From assembly GCA_946641515.1 (NCBI GenBank), contig CAMPBT010000001.1, positions 168,512 through 232,511 on the forward strand: a stretch of DNA of 64,000 nucleotides, in the 5' to 3' direction. A program made the position numbers and the translations under genes. Numbering within the stretch: position 1 is the stretch's first letter; every line of letters starts with the position of its first letter. Below the pieces are notes generated by a model that ran no database searches, had not been told where the DNA came from, and was given only the letters and a program-made list of their open reading frames with translations. The stretch is from an uncultured Bacillales bacterium (GTDB lineage: Bacteria > Bacillota_I > Bacilli_A > RFN20 > CAG-449). This document shows, one piece after another, positions 38,524 to 49,112 of this stretch.

Positions 38524-38706
38524 GTCTAGAAGGTCATTATGCGTTTCCTACATTTTGTTTTCGGGAATCGTTTCCATCACTGTGGTGTTGAAGGCCGTCA
38601 CATTAAGTTAGGCGGAATCCTAAAGCAGTGAAATGATGCCCACTTAGTAAGGATAGGAATATCCTTAGGCTTTCTGGACATTTTATTATGTTTAGGAGAA
38701 ATATAC
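38524..38706 (+). ncRNA. Relatively GC-rich, structured 5' leader of tkt (candidate cis-regulatory RNA, class not recognised)
   Basis: The composition (GGCGGAAUCC, GAAGGCCGUCAC) contrasts with the flanking AT-rich DNA. It contains hairpins GGAA-UCGU-UUCC and AAGGAUA-GGAA-UAUCCUU and a possible long-range CACUG/CAGUG pairing. Confidence 0.3.
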
Positions 38707-40677
38707 ATGAAAAACATCGATTCATTATCTATTGCAGCTATTAGATCAACTGCGATTGACACAATCAACAAAGCAAAATCTGGTCACCCAGGTATGGCAC
38801 TTGGAAGTGCTCCAATTTTATATACATTATATACTAGACATTTAGTATCAGATCCTGCTAACCCAAAATGGTTCAACAGAGATAGATTTGTTCTAAGTGC
38901 TGGACATGCATCTGCTTTACTTTACACAATGCTCCACGTAGCAGGATTTAAAGTAGGAATGGATGATTTAAAGCAATTTAGACAATTAAATTCAATTACT
39001 CCAGGTCACCCAGAAGTTGGATTAACTCCAGGTGTTGATGCTTCAGCAGGTCCTTTAGGACAAGGTATTGCTCAGGCTGTAGGTCTAGCAATGGCAGAAG
39101 AATTCTTAAGAGCATCATATCCAGATGGTAATAGACTTGTTAACCACTACACATATGCTTTATGTGGTGATGGATGTTTAGAAGAAGGTATTTCACAAGA
39201 AGCAATTTCTTTTGCAGGTCGTCAAAAATTAGGAAAATTAATTTTATTCTATGATTCAAATAAAGTTACTCTTGATGGTTCATTAGAAATGTCCTTCCAT
39301 GAAGATGTTAAAAAGAGATTTGAAGCTTCAGAATGGAATGTTTACGAAGTAGAAGATGGAAACGATGTTGAAGCAATTGATAAAGCAATTATCAAAGCTA
39401 AAAAATCTTCAGATAAACCAAATTTAATTATTGTTCATACAGTCATTGGTTATGGTTCAATTAACCAAGGTTTAAATAAAGTTCACGGCGCTCCACTTGG
39501 AGGAGAAGATGGCAAACATGCTAAAGAAGTTTATGGATATGACTATCCAGATTTCACAATTCCAGAAGAAGTTTATGATAACTTCAAGAAAACATTTGCA
39601 GCTCGTGGTCACAAAGCATTTGTTGAATGGAATGAAGAAACAAACTTATATTCCGCAAGACACCCAGAAGAATATGCTAAATTCTTATCAGTATTAAATA
39701 ACAATATTTCTTCATATATTTATGATGAAATTCCTCATTTTGAAGCAGGATTTAGTGATGCAACAAGAAATACATCAGGACAAATTTTAAATTTAGTTCA
39801 CAAGAATGTATTTAACTTAATTGGTGGTTCTGCTGATGTTGCAGGTTCAGTTAAGACTGCAATTAAAGGTGGAGTTGATTTTACTCCAACAACAAGAAAT
39901 GGTAGAAACGTTAACTTCGGTATTAGAGAATTTGCAATGGCTGCTATCCAAAATGGTATGTTATTACATGGCGGCGTTAGAACATATGTAGGTTCATTCT
40001 TAGTATTCGTTGATTATTTCAAAGCTGCAGTAAGAATGGCATGCTTAAGTCATTTACCAGCAATATATTTATTATCACATGATTCACTAGCAGTTGGTGA
40101 AGATGGTCCAACACATCAGCCAGTTGAACAACTTGCTATGTTAAGATCAATTCCTGGAATGTATGTATATAGACCATGTGATGCTAACGAAGTTGCTATT
40201 GCTTGGAAACAAGCTTTAGAATCAACTGATCATCCTACAGGTATTGTCTTATCAAGACAAAATCTTCCATTACAAGAAGGCTCAAGAAGCAAAGATGCTT
40301 TAAGAGGTGGTTACATTATTTCTAAAGAAAGAGGTAATGAACCAATGCTTACATTAATTGCTACAGGTTCAGAAGTTGCTTTAGCAGTTAAAGCTCAAGA
40401 ACAATTATTAATGGAAGGCATTGATGTTAGAGTTGTTTCAATCCCTTGCCAAGAATTATTCTTAAAACAAGATGGTGCATACATCAAAGAAGTTTTAGGT
40501 AATGATTACTCACGTCGTATGGTAATTGAAATGCTATCACCATTTGGTTGGTACAGATTTGCTCCTCATGTAATGGGTGTAGAAACATTCGGTAAGAGTG
40601 CTCCTGCTAGCGACGTAATCAAAGACTTTGGCTTTACAGTTGAAGAAGTAGTTAGAAGAGTTAAAGATATTATCTAA
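38707..40677 (+). CDS. tkt: Transketolase
   Basis: 656 aa with TPP-binding motifs (GHPGMALGSAP, CGDGCLEEGISQEA) and full-length similarity. Confidence 0.95.
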   Translation: MKNIDSLSIAAIRSTAIDTINKAKSGHPGMALGSAPILYTLYTRHLVSDPANPKWFNRDRFVLSAGHASALLYTMLHVAGFKVGMDDLKQFRQLNSITPGHPEVGLTPGVDASAGPLGQGIAQAVGLAMAEEFLRASYPDGNRLVNHYTYALCGDGCLEEGISQEAISFAGRQKLGKLILFYDSNKVTLDGSLEMSFHEDVKKRFEASEWNVYEVEDGNDVEAIDKAIIKAKKSSDKPNLIIVHTVIGYGSINQGLNKVHGAPLGGEDGKHAKEVYGYDYPDFTIPEEVYDNFKKTFAARGHKAFVEWNEETNLYSARHPEEYAKFLSVLNNNISSYIYDEIPHFEAGFSDATRNTSGQILNLVHKNVFNLIGGSADVAGSVKTAIKGGVDFTPTTRNGRNVNFGIREFAMAAIQNGMLLHGGVRTYVGSFLVFVDYFKAAVRMACLSHLPAIYLLSHDSLAVGEDGPTHQPVEQLAMLRSIPGMYVYRPCDANEVAIAWKQALESTDHPTGIVLSRQNLPLQEGSRSKDALRGGYIISKERGNEPMLTLIATGSEVALAVKAQEQLLMEGIDVRVVSIPCQELFLKQDGAYIKEVLGNDYSRRMVIEMLSPFGWYRFAPHVMGVETFGKSAPASDVIKDFGFTVEEVVRRVKDII

Positions 40678-40744
40678 TTACCACGAAAAACGATAAAAAA
40701 TAAGTACTTTAGAAAAATCTAAAGTACTTTTTTAAAAGTTAAAA

Positions 40745-41743
40745 TTAATTAAGATTAAGTGGAATATTGTTTTCACGGATTTCGTGAATTAAATATTTAA
40801 TACCATTAATTACTGAATATGTTGGGTCTGCTGCAATTCTTACTGAAACATTTAAGGCTGATTCTAATGAATCTCTCATACCTGCAAGAATGGAGAGGCC
40901 TCCAGTAATAACAATACCACCTTCGATAATATCAGAAGCAATTTCTGGAGGTGTTAATTCTAAACAGTCTGAAATGTCATCTACTAAAGGTTGGAGTAGA
41001 GGAGTAATTACTTGAGTAATTTCTGCTGTAGAAATAATGATTGAATGAGGTAAGGAGGTAACAATATCTTTACCTGTAACTTCAAGTAATCTATTTTCAG
41101 GGAATGCTTCTAAGGATGCAATCTTTAATTTAATATATTCTGCAGTCTTATCGCCGATGATAATGTGATGAGTTTTTCTAATGTGACGAGCGATTGCATC
41201 ATCAATCTTTTTACCAGAGAATGATGAAGTTCTAAATAAGAACTGTGAATCACCTGCTAAAACGGAAATATCTGAGCAACCTCCACCTAATGTAATAACT
41301 AAATTACCTCTAGATGTACCTCCTGATAAAGAAGAAGAAAGTCCTGCTAAGAAAGATTCGCCTCTATATCCTACTCCATCAAAATGAAGGTTAGAAGCAA
41401 TCTTTTTAAGTGCCATAATGTTTACTTCAGATACATCGGAAGGAGTAGAGGCAATTAATATTGATTTCTTTGGATTAATTTTTAATGTCTTAAAAATAGA
41501 TTCAAGTAAATAAGTTAATGCAGTAACTGAAACAATATATCCTTTTTTAACTGGTCTAATTACTTCAGAGTCTTGGTTTTCTTTACCAGTCATCTTTAAT
41601 GCCATATATCCAGTTGCAATTACTTTTTTATCTTTCTTTGATAAACAAATAACGTTTGGCTCGTTATAAACAATTCCTTTACTAGGAACATAAATTATTA
41701 AATTTGAAGAGCCTAAATCAATTCCAATATAATTCTTACTCAT
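40745..41743 (-). CDS. mreB: MreB/Mbl-family actin-like protein (divergent)
   Basis: Phosphate-1 IGIDLGSSN, phosphate-2 ITLGGGCSD and adenosine motif GGIVITGG. Length 332 aa. Confidence 0.75.
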   Translation of the reverse strand: MSKNYIGIDLGSSNLIIYVPSKGIVYNEPNVICLSKKDKKVIATGYMALKMTGKENQDSEVIRPVKKGYIVSVTALTYLLESIFKTLKINPKKSILIASTPSDVSEVNIMALKKIASNLHFDGVGYRGESFLAGLSSSLSGGTSRGNLVITLGGGCSDISVLAGDSQFLFRTSSFSGKKIDDAIARHIRKTHHIIIGDKTAEYIKLKIASLEAFPENRLLEVTGKDIVTSLPHSIIISTAEITQVITPLLQPLVDDISDCLELTPPEIASDIIEGGIVITGGLSILAGMRDSLESALNVSVRIAADPTYSVINGIKYLIHEIRENNIPLNLN

Positions 41744-41894
41744 CTTTATTTCCCTCGTTGAGTCTTATTTTATCAAAATTAGATATAAATATCTATGTAT
41801 TAGACATAGATTTTTACTAATTATTAATAATTAGGTATATATTTAATTTTTTTTGATATATAATTTTTTTGTTTAATAAAGGAGAAAATTTTAA

Positions 41895-44081
41895 ATGTCA
41901 AAGAAAGTATTTTCACTAGACTTTGAAGGAAAGAAATTGAGCGTTGAATTAGGCGAAATTGCTAAACAAGCTGATGGTGCTGTTTTAGTACGTCTAAATG
42001 ATACCGTGGTTCTTTCTACAGTTTGTGCTTCTGACGAACCTAAAGATGGAGACTTTTTCCCATTAACTGTTGGATATGAAGAAAAACAGTATGCAGTTGG
42101 AAAAATCCCAGGTAGTTTCTTAAGAAGAGAAGGTCGTCCAGGCGAACATGCGACCTTAACAGCACGTTTAATTGATAGACCAATTAGACCAATGTTTGCA
42201 GATGGTTTCAGAAATGAAGTCCAAATCGTTAACACAGTTATGTCAGTTGATCCAGATGCAACTCCAGAAATGGCAGCAATGTTTGGTTCATCTTTAGCTT
42301 TAGGTATTTCAGATATTCCATTTGATGGACCTATCGCAGGTGTATATGTTGGTAGAGTTGATGGCAAATTTGTTATTAACCCAACACAAGAAGAAAAAGA
42401 AAAATCAGATTTAAACTTAGCATTAGCAGGTACATCTGAAGCAATCAACATGGTTGAAGCAGGTGCTCAAGAATTATCTGAAGAAGAAATGTTAGATGCT
42501 TTAATGTTTGGTCATGAAGCAATCAAGAAATTATGTGCATTTGAAAAAGAAATTATCTTAGAAGTTGGTAAACCAAAGAGAGAAGTTTCTTTATACACAG
42601 TTTCAGAAGAAATCAGAAATGATGTAACTTCACGCGCTAAAGATAGATTAGTTGCAGCAGTTTCAATCGTTGATAAACTTGAAAGATATGAAGCAATTGA
42701 TAAGATTAACAACGAAATCCGTGCTTCATATGAAGAAAAAGAATACAAGAATGAAAAGATCAAGAATCAGACAATGATGCAGGTCAATGACATTCTTGAA
42801 CAATTAGTCGCTGACGAAGTTAGAAGATTAATTACAGTTGAAAAAATTAGACCTGACGGACGTAAGGTTGATGAAATTAGACCTTTAGATGCTCAGATTG
42901 ACTTATTACCAAGAGTTCACGGTTCTGCTATGTTTACTCGTGGACAAACTCAGGTTATTTCAGTTACAACTCTTGGCCCTCTAGCAGATAAACAAATCAT
43001 TGATAACTTATCAGCAGAAGACGAAAAGAGATTTATGCACCACTACAACTTCCCACCTTATTCAGTTGGTGAAATTGGTAGAATGGGTACACCAGGTAGA
43101 AGAGAAATCGGTCACGGTGCACTTGGTGAAAGAGCATTATCATACGTCATTCCTTCAGAAGAAGAATTCCCATACACAATTAGATGTGTTTCTGAAGTTG
43201 TTGAATCAAACGGTTCATCTTCACAAGCATCAATTTGTGCTTCAACAATGTCATTAATGGCAGCAGGTGTTCCAATCAAAGCTCCAGTAGCAGGTATTGC
43301 AATGGGCTTAATCACATCTGGTCCATTAGATGGTAAACATCCATATACAATTTTAACTGATATCCAAGGTATGGAAGATCACTACGGTGATATGGACTTT
43401 AAGGTTGCAGGTACAGACAATGGTATCACAGCTTTACAAATGGATATTAAGATTAAGGGTGTCACACGTGAAGTCTTAAAAGAAGCATTAGCACAAGCTC
43501 ACAAAGCTAGAGCGGAAATTATGAAAGTAATTAAAGGCGCTATTGCTAAACCAAGAGAAGAAGTAGGCAAATACGCTCCTAAGATGGCAACTTTAACTAT
43601 CCCAGTAGATAGAATTAAAGATGTTATTGGTTCACAAGGTAAAGTTATTAACGATATTATTGCAAAATGTGATAACGTTAAGATTGATATCGATGATAAC
43701 GGTAAAGTAGTTATCTACCATATGGATAGAGAACCAATCAACAAAGCTAAAGAAATGATTGAAAATATCGTTAAAGAAGCTAAAGTTGGTGAAGTTTACG
43801 ACGCAAAAGTTGTAAGAATTGAATCATATGGTGCATTCGTTAACTTATTCGGTAATGTTGATGGTTTATGCCATGTTTCACAACTTGCAAATGATAGAGT
43901 TAACCATCCAAAAGATGTCGTTAAACTTGGTCAAATCTTAAAAGTTAGAGTTACAGAAATCGACGAAAAGGGCAGAATCAATGTTTCTCACAAAGAATTC
44001 GCTCCAAAAGTTGAAAAGAAACCAGTAGAAAAGAAAGAAACTAAAGTAGAAGAAGCTGCTCCAGTTTCAGAAGACAAATAA
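41895..44081 (+). CDS. pnp: Polyribonucleotide nucleotidyltransferase (PNPase)
   Basis: 728 aa with two RNase PH domains plus KH and S1 domains ([23 protein letters not shown]...). Confidence 0.95.
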   Translation: MSKKVFSLDFEGKKLSVELGEIAKQADGAVLVRLNDTVVLSTVCASDEPKDGDFFPLTVGYEEKQYAVGKIPGSFLRREGRPGEHATLTARLIDRPIRPMFADGFRNEVQIVNTVMSVDPDATPEMAAMFGSSLALGISDIPFDGPIAGVYVGRVDGKFVINPTQEEKEKSDLNLALAGTSEAINMVEAGAQELSEEEMLDALMFGHEAIKKLCAFEKEIILEVGKPKREVSLYTVSEEIRNDVTSRAKDRLVAAVSIVDKLERYEAIDKINNEIRASYEEKEYKNEKIKNQTMMQVNDILEQLVADEVRRLITVEKIRPDGRKVDEIRPLDAQIDLLPRVHGSAMFTRGQTQVISVTTLGPLADKQIIDNLSAEDEKRFMHHYNFPPYSVGEIGRMGTPGRREIGHGALGERALSYVIPSEEEFPYTIRCVSEVVESNGSSSQASICASTMSLMAAGVPIKAPVAGIAMGLITSGPLDGKHPYTILTDIQGMEDHYGDMDFKVAGTDNGITALQMDIKIKGVTREVLKEALAQAHKARAEIMKVIKGAIAKPREEVGKYAPKMATLTIPVDRIKDVIGSQGKVINDIIAKCDNVKIDIDDNGKVVIYHMDREPINKAKEMIENIVKEAKVGEVYDAKVVRIESYGAFVNLFGNVDGLCHVSQLANDRVNHPKDVVKLGQILKVRVTEIDEKGRINVSHKEFAPKVEKKPVEKKETKVEEAAPVSEDK

Positions 44082-44088
44082 GATTCTT

Positions 44089-44118
44089 AAAGTAGGTACT
44101 TCGGTATCTACTTTTTTT
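44089..44118 (+). terminator. Rho-independent terminator after pnp
   Basis: AGTAGGTAC-TTCG-GTATCTACT hairpin followed by TTTTTT. A second hairpin plus U-run lies at 44207..44245. Confidence 0.7.
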
Positions 44119-44293
44119 AGACAATTTTAAAAATTTCGTTAAACAATATTGAAATGTTTGTATCACACTATTATTATTTAATTAATAAATATTGTAGGAA
44201 ACAATATTGACCAAATAGGTATTTCTTTGGAAATGCCTATTTTTTCATACTTTTACATAAAAAAACTAGGGAAGTTAACCCCTAGTTAGATAA

Positions 44294-45352
44294 TTATTTT
44301 TTATTTTTTACTGCTTCTTTTTCTAATTCTTTTTTAATTTCGTCTTCGTCTTCTGCGATATCTCTTTCTTCATCGTATTCGTCTTCAATTTCGCCTACTA
44401 ATTCTTCTAAGATATCTTCCATTGTTACTAAACCTACAACTTTTTTGCCATTTTTAACAATTGCCATATGTAGGTTTTCACGTTGGAATGTTTTTAATTG
44501 ACGAGAAATTTTAATAATTGGTTTTACATATAAAGCATCTACAACAATTGACTTTAAATCTTTTTCGTCGTTTAAGAGCATTTCATAGAATTCTTTTTGG
44601 TAGACAATACCATAAATTCCATTTACTGTATTATCTTTTGATATTGGTAAGCGAGAATAGTTATATCTTTCAAATGTGTCTTGAATTTGTTCTAATGAAT
44701 CAGATGCTTTAATAAAGATTATCTTCTTAGGCTTAGTCATAATATCAGAGATAATTAAATCTCCATATTCTAAAGTATTAACAATGATATTCTTTTCGAC
44801 GTTAGTAAGAGTTCCTTGCTCATGAATTTCGTCTACTAACATTTCAAATTCTTCATCAGTCATTGCTTCATCATCTTCATTTCTAAATAATTTAGTAATT
44901 CCTTTTTGAGCGATTCTAAAGATATATGAAATAGGAAATAAAATATAGAAAATTAACGCAACTGGATAAGCGTAGAATCTTGCGAAGAATTCAGGTCTAG
45001 CTTTGGCCATGGATTTAGGGAAAATTTCACCAAAAATTAAGACTACAACTGTAACTACAATTGTACTTAAAGCTTCTGGCCATTCCATGTTAGTAACAAA
45101 TAAAACAGTTGCAATAGTTGTACCTGCAATATTGACTAGATTATTACCGATAAGAATGGTTGTTAATAACTGATCATATTCTTTCTTTAAATGTAAGGCA
45201 ATCTTTGCAGCTTTTGATCCTTCTTTAGCAAATCTCTTCATTCTTATTTCATTGAATGCGGTGAATGAAGTTTCTGCTCCTGAGAAGAAAGCGCTGAAAA
45301 GTAATAATACAATTAAAATTGAGTAGTAAATGATATATCGGGTCGGGTCCAT
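44294..45352 (-). CDS. CNNM/DUF21-CBS-CorC (TlyC/hemolysin-family) membrane protein, putative divalent-cation efflux
   Basis: DUF21 TM domain (FFSGAETSF), a CBS pair and a CorC_HlyC C-terminal domain. The track N-terminus (TTG 45424) is probably an over-extension, and ATG 45352 (MDPTRY) is preferred. A terminator hairpin lies at 44262..44291 on the minus strand. Confidence 0.8.
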   Translation of the reverse strand: MDPTRYIIYYSILIVLLLFSAFFSGAETSFTAFNEIRMKRFAKEGSKAAKIALHLKKEYDQLLTTILIGNNLVNIAGTTIATVLFVTNMEWPEALSTIVVTVVVLIFGEIFPKSMAKARPEFFARFYAYPVALIFYILFPISYIFRIAQKGITKLFRNEDDEAMTDEEFEMLVDEIHEQGTLTNVEKNIIVNTLEYGDLIISDIMTKPKKIIFIKASDSLEQIQDTFERYNYSRLPISKDNTVNGIYGIVYQKEFYEMLLNDEKDLKSIVVDALYVKPIIKISRQLKTFQRENLHMAIVKNGKKVVGLVTMEDILEELVGEIEDEYDEERDIAEDEDEIKKELEKEAVKNKK

Positions 45353-45472
45353 ATTAGTTATTAATAATCTCCTTTTAAAATATAAATATGTAATATATAT
45401 TATCACAATTATAAAATTTATCAAGGCTATAAATAGGACTTTAAATTAAAAAAGAGGCATAGCCTCTTTAGC

Positions 45473-46453
45473 TTATAGATTGATATCTAAATATTCTTTA
45501 ATTAATGGAATCTCTACTTTTTTAGCCTTTTCTTGAGCTTCTAGAGCAGTTTCTCCACTTATGCCAATAACTTTGTCACCCCAAAAAGAATCGTTAATTG
45601 TTGTGCTTCCTTCTTCAAAATAATCATTCGCGTATAGTACTGAAGAAATTAATTCGTTATTTTCATATTTGATGATTGAAGGAACGTATCCGTCTTTAAA
45701 GAAATTTATTTTATATTTAGCTTTCCATTCTTTCCAATCTTCTTTAGATAAAGTTGATCTAATACCTGCTACTTCAAATCTATTTAAGATTTTTTTTGCA
45801 GTGATTAAATAATTATCTAAGAAATTATCATTAAATGATTTACAATCAGGACATTTTCTCCAACTATATTCAATGATAGATGAAGAAGAAATTAATGAAT
45901 CTAAATAGGTAGTAGTATTTAAAGATAAAGATTGCATAGTAACTTTATCATTATATTTATAATCTACTAAATCATTTACCACATTGTAATTAGAAGAATT
46001 AATTCTACTATTTAGATTGTTATATAGAGTAGATGAAGATGTGTACATGTTTGTAGAATATTCTATTTCATCAACAATCTTTCCTTCATCAAAAAATAGA
46101 AGAGTTGCAGATGAAACTTTTCCTTTTAATTTATAGTCTTCATCTTCAGATAATAAAGAGACTGTTTTTTGATATTTATCTTGTTCAATCCAGTTAATTA
46201 TATATTTAGTATCCTTAATATAATTTATAAGTGGATCTTTAATAAATTCACATGCAGAACATCCGTCTTCTCCAATGACAAGAACCATATCATCTTGCGC
46301 TAAAATTTTGTCGTATAGTTCATTGCTACTTGTATAAATAAATGATTTAACTTGAGTAGATGAATCAATAGTAATGTTATAGTTAGAAGAAGAGCATGAA
46401 GAAAATAATGATGGAAGTAATAAACTTAAGACAAATAAATTTCTTTTTTTCAT
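45473..46453 (-). CDS. Lipoprotein with two thioredoxin-like CxxC motifs (putative extracytoplasmic thiol-disulfide oxidoreductase)
   Basis: Signal peptide with lipobox LFSSC, plus the motifs GEDGCSACEF and WRKCPDCKSF spaced about 130 aa apart. Confidence 0.55.
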   Translation of the reverse strand: MKKRNLFVLSLLLPSLFSSCSSSNYNITIDSSTQVKSFIYTSSNELYDKILAQDDMVLVIGEDGCSACEFIKDPLINYIKDTKYIINWIEQDKYQKTVSLLSEDEDYKLKGKVSSATLLFFDEGKIVDEIEYSTNMYTSSSTLYNNLNSRINSSNYNVVNDLVDYKYNDKVTMQSLSLNTTTYLDSLISSSSIIEYSWRKCPDCKSFNDNFLDNYLITAKKILNRFEVAGIRSTLSKEDWKEWKAKYKINFFKDGYVPSIIKYENNELISSVLYANDYFEEGSTTINDSFWGDKVIGISGETALEAQEKAKKVEIPLIKEYLDINL

Positions 46454-46686
46454 AATTTTCTCCTTTGTTTCATTATATCATTCGTAAGACTATATAAAAA
46501 TAAAATATTACAAAAATATTCTTTCCTAAAAATGTATTGAATAATCTTAAAAAAATGCCAAAATTGAGACGTTTTCAAATGGTTTTTGAGATTAAATAAA
46601 AACATTCAAAAAACTTTTGAAATAGGCTTTTCTTTTCAAAAAAAATCGTAGAAGATATGGGTATCTTACTATTAAGGGGGAAACTT

Positions 46687-47076
46687 ATGGAAAACACAAC
46701 CAAATACAATAACCGCATTATTAAGCAAATTGTTGAGGACTATCGAAAGGCATATTCTGTAATGTTAAGAAACGGGAACTTATCTATGGCAGAATTTTTC
46801 CTGAACGATTCAAACGGAAAAACAGATATGAGAGAAATTCTTGAACACCTTCAAGATGTAAATATCTGTGAAGAAGAGAAGGTAATTTTACAGATTATTT
46901 TCTGCTTATCAATTATGGATGACACAGGTAGAGAAATTATCTGGAAAGAATTCTTTAATAAGAGTAAAACTACTTCAAAGATTCCTTGGTGGGAAGGAAT
47001 ATATTCTCGTTCTACTTTTTATCGACTAAAAAATCAGTACGTAAAGCAGTTTATTAATTTATGCGCCGCAGCATAA
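46687..47076 (+). CDS. ArpU/sigma-70-region-4-like phage-type transcriptional regulator
   Basis: Start ATG 46687 behind AAGGGGG. The C-terminal HTH-like block is EEEKVILQIIFCLS...STFYRLKNQYVKQFINL. Length about 130 aa. Confidence 0.5.
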   Translation: MENTTKYNNRIIKQIVEDYRKAYSVMLRNGNLSMAEFFLNDSNGKTDMREILEHLQDVNICEEEKVILQIIFCLSIMDDTGREIIWKEFFNKSKTTSKIPWWEGIYSRSTFYRLKNQYVKQFINLCAAA

Positions 47077-47945
47077 TAAGTATTTTACCTTTACTACTAT
47101 CTTTTAACGTACGAAATACTGGTTATGAATTTAGTCTTGATAAAGTAAAAATGTTTTATGAAGATAATACTTTTTACATGTATTTTCTTCCTTGTCGAGA
47201 GAATGGTAGGCTAGAATATTATCGCGTTTTTATTGATAATGACATTATTGTAGATAGAGATACAAACGATAAGTCAATTTATTTAAATTTAAATGATTAT
47301 AACGATAACTCGTCACATAGTATCTTTTACATTGAATATCTAGATGATGGTAGTTTTAACAAGATAACATTTTATTTTACTATTCCTCAAGGTGATATTT
47401 ATTTAGATAATTATTTTTATTCTTTGTCGAGTAATATTGATACTTATGGTCATTCAAACATTTATTTAGATAAAGGTCAGTATATCGCTTTTAATTCATT
47501 AGCATATGAAAATAAAGTTGATGAACATCGCTACCTAGATTTAGATAAATATGGCAATGTTTCATTTAATAATAATTATTCTTTAGGAGAAGTATATTTA
47601 AGTATAAAAAATGATAATATTTTTTCTTATTTTGATGATGAATATCTTAATTTAAATCTAGATATATATAATGACTCTTTAATCATTAATGAAAATCTTT
47701 CTTTAAATAAATATTCTAGAGAAATATATTTAGATGCATATGGTAGTTTAGATAAGATATATTTTCCTAAAGAAATGGATAAAGAAATAGTTGAAACAAT
47801 TTTTAGTATTAAGAACTTTTATGGCACTAATATTAATTTATATTTTCAAGCTTACTTTAATCTAGATAAAAGCTTATTAAATGATTATGAAATAATTATC
47901 GAAGATAAAGATTTTTTTGAATATGATTACGAGTTTCAAATATGA
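47061..47945 (+). CDS. Hypothetical secreted protein, Y/N/D-rich (island ORF 2)
   Basis: N-terminal signal-like segment RRSIISILPLLLSF and repetitive Y-x-D/N-rich sequence. It overlaps the regulator gene by 16 bp. Confidence 0.45.
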   Translation: MRRSIISILPLLLSFNVRNTGYEFSLDKVKMFYEDNTFYMYFLPCRENGRLEYYRVFIDNDIIVDRDTNDKSIYLNLNDYNDNSSHSIFYIEYLDDGSFNKITFYFTIPQGDIYLDNYFYSLSSNIDTYGHSNIYLDKGQYIAFNSLAYENKVDEHRYLDLDKYGNVSFNNNYSLGEVYLSIKNDNIFSYFDDEYLNLNLDIYNDSLIINENLSLNKYSREIYLDAYGSLDKIYFPKEMDKEIVETIFSIKNFYGTNINLYFQAYFNLDKSLLNDYEIIIEDKDFFEYDYEFQI

Positions 47946-48253
47946 TGTTTTTAATTATATTTATCCTATTTTCTTATTCTTATAATTTATCTTCAGAGTC
48001 ATTTAAGCTTTATTTATCTTCTACTATTCCAGAAATCTATGTTTTAAGCCTCGACAACGAAGAAAAGAGTATCGATGAGGATTTGTTCGTTAATACTTCA
48101 AATGAGATTATACGTTCTTATAATTCTAAAGAAATAACTAATATAAAAACTTATTATTCATTTAATGGGTTAGTAGTAAATTTTAAAATTACCTATAATA
48201 TCGTTTTTTATTCTTACCAATATAATAAGGAGATAAAAATAAATGAAAAGTAA
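47942..48253 (+). CDS. Hypothetical small protein with an N-terminal TM/signal segment (island ORF 3)
   Basis: 103 aa with a 4-bp ATGA-type overlap with ORF 2. Confidence 0.4.
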   Translation: MMFLIIFILFSYSYNLSSESFKLYLSSTIPEIYVLSLDNEEKSIDEDLFVNTSNEIIRSYNSKEITNIKTYYSFNGLVVNFKITYNIVFYSYQYNKEIKINEK

Positions 48254-49112
48254 ATTAACAAGTTTGTTCATCTTACTTTCTTCAAGTATTGTCTTTTGTT
48301 CTTATAAGAAATGGATCTGCTTATTAATATCTTTAATTATCATCGTCTTAATTATTTGTTCTATTCCAAATAATAAATTTTTGGATTTAAAGAATAATTA
48401 TTTATTACGAATTGATAGTTTAGAAAATAAAGAAGATTTGATTCGTTTTACGTTAGGATATGATGAAAGTAAAAGTTATGAAGAAAATACTTTAATATTT
48501 CAAAGCAAGTACAAAAATAAAATTGAAAAAGATTTCTTTCTTTATTTAAATAAATGCAAGAACCTAAATGATATTAAAACAGTCTTATTTGTTTATAAGA
48601 ATTATGGAGAATTGAATATTAATAAATTTATATGTTATGGCCTATTTTTAGGAACATATTTAATCTTAATTAGATTCTTTCCTTTCTATTTAAATTTATT
48701 AGATTTCTATTTTAAGATTAATGCAGTTTATTTAATGTTATTACTTATTCTAACTTATAAAGATTTATATTATTTACCTGGAAAATTTAAATTGTTTAAT
48801 GATTTTTATTATTCATCGTTATTATCTTTAATTGCAGAAAATAAAAAGGAATCTTTTAAAGAGAATGTAAAAAGATTTTGTAAGTATAATAAGATTTATA
48901 AAAAAGTTGAAGAAGATTTTGAAAACGGAAATATAGGGAATTATAAATTAAGTAAAATTAAGATGAGTAAGATATCCTCATTATTTGATCTTTATACTAA
49001 TGATAATTTTATTGAACCTGTTGAAGATAAATATTCTTGGTACGTTATTCTAAATGAATATTCTTTATACGTCTTTGCTTTAATTGTTGTTATTAAAGGA
49101 ATATTATTATGA
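48243..49112 (+). CDS. Hypothetical polytopic membrane protein (island ORF 4)
   Basis: 289 aa with several TM helices and an 11-bp overlap with ORF 3. Confidence 0.45.
   Translation: MKSKLTSLFILLSSSIVFCSYKKWICLLISLIIIVLIICSIPNNKFLDLKNNYLLRIDSLENKEDLIRFTLGYDESKSYEENTLIFQSKYKNKIEKDFFLYLNKCKNLNDIKTVLFVYKNYGELNINKFICYGLFLGTYLILIRFFPFYLNLLDFYFKINAVYLMLLLILTYKDLYYLPGKFKLFNDFYYSSLLSLIAENKKESFKENVKRFCKYNKIYKKVEEDFENGNIGNYKLSKIKMSKISSLFDLYTNDNFIEPVEDKYSWYVILNEYSLYVFALIVVIKGILL

Noticed and set aside
38524-38706. T-box or tRNA upstream of tkt
   Set aside because: It has no T-box consensus (AATTAGGGTGGTACCGCG-like) and no tRNA cloverleaf signature. It is kept only as an unclassified structured leader.
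45353-45424. TTG-initiated N-terminal extension of the CNNM gene
   Set aside because: It has no SD. ATG 45352 (MDPTRY) gives the canonical DUF21 N-terminus. The reading is uncertain, because the nearest GGAG is 16 nt away.
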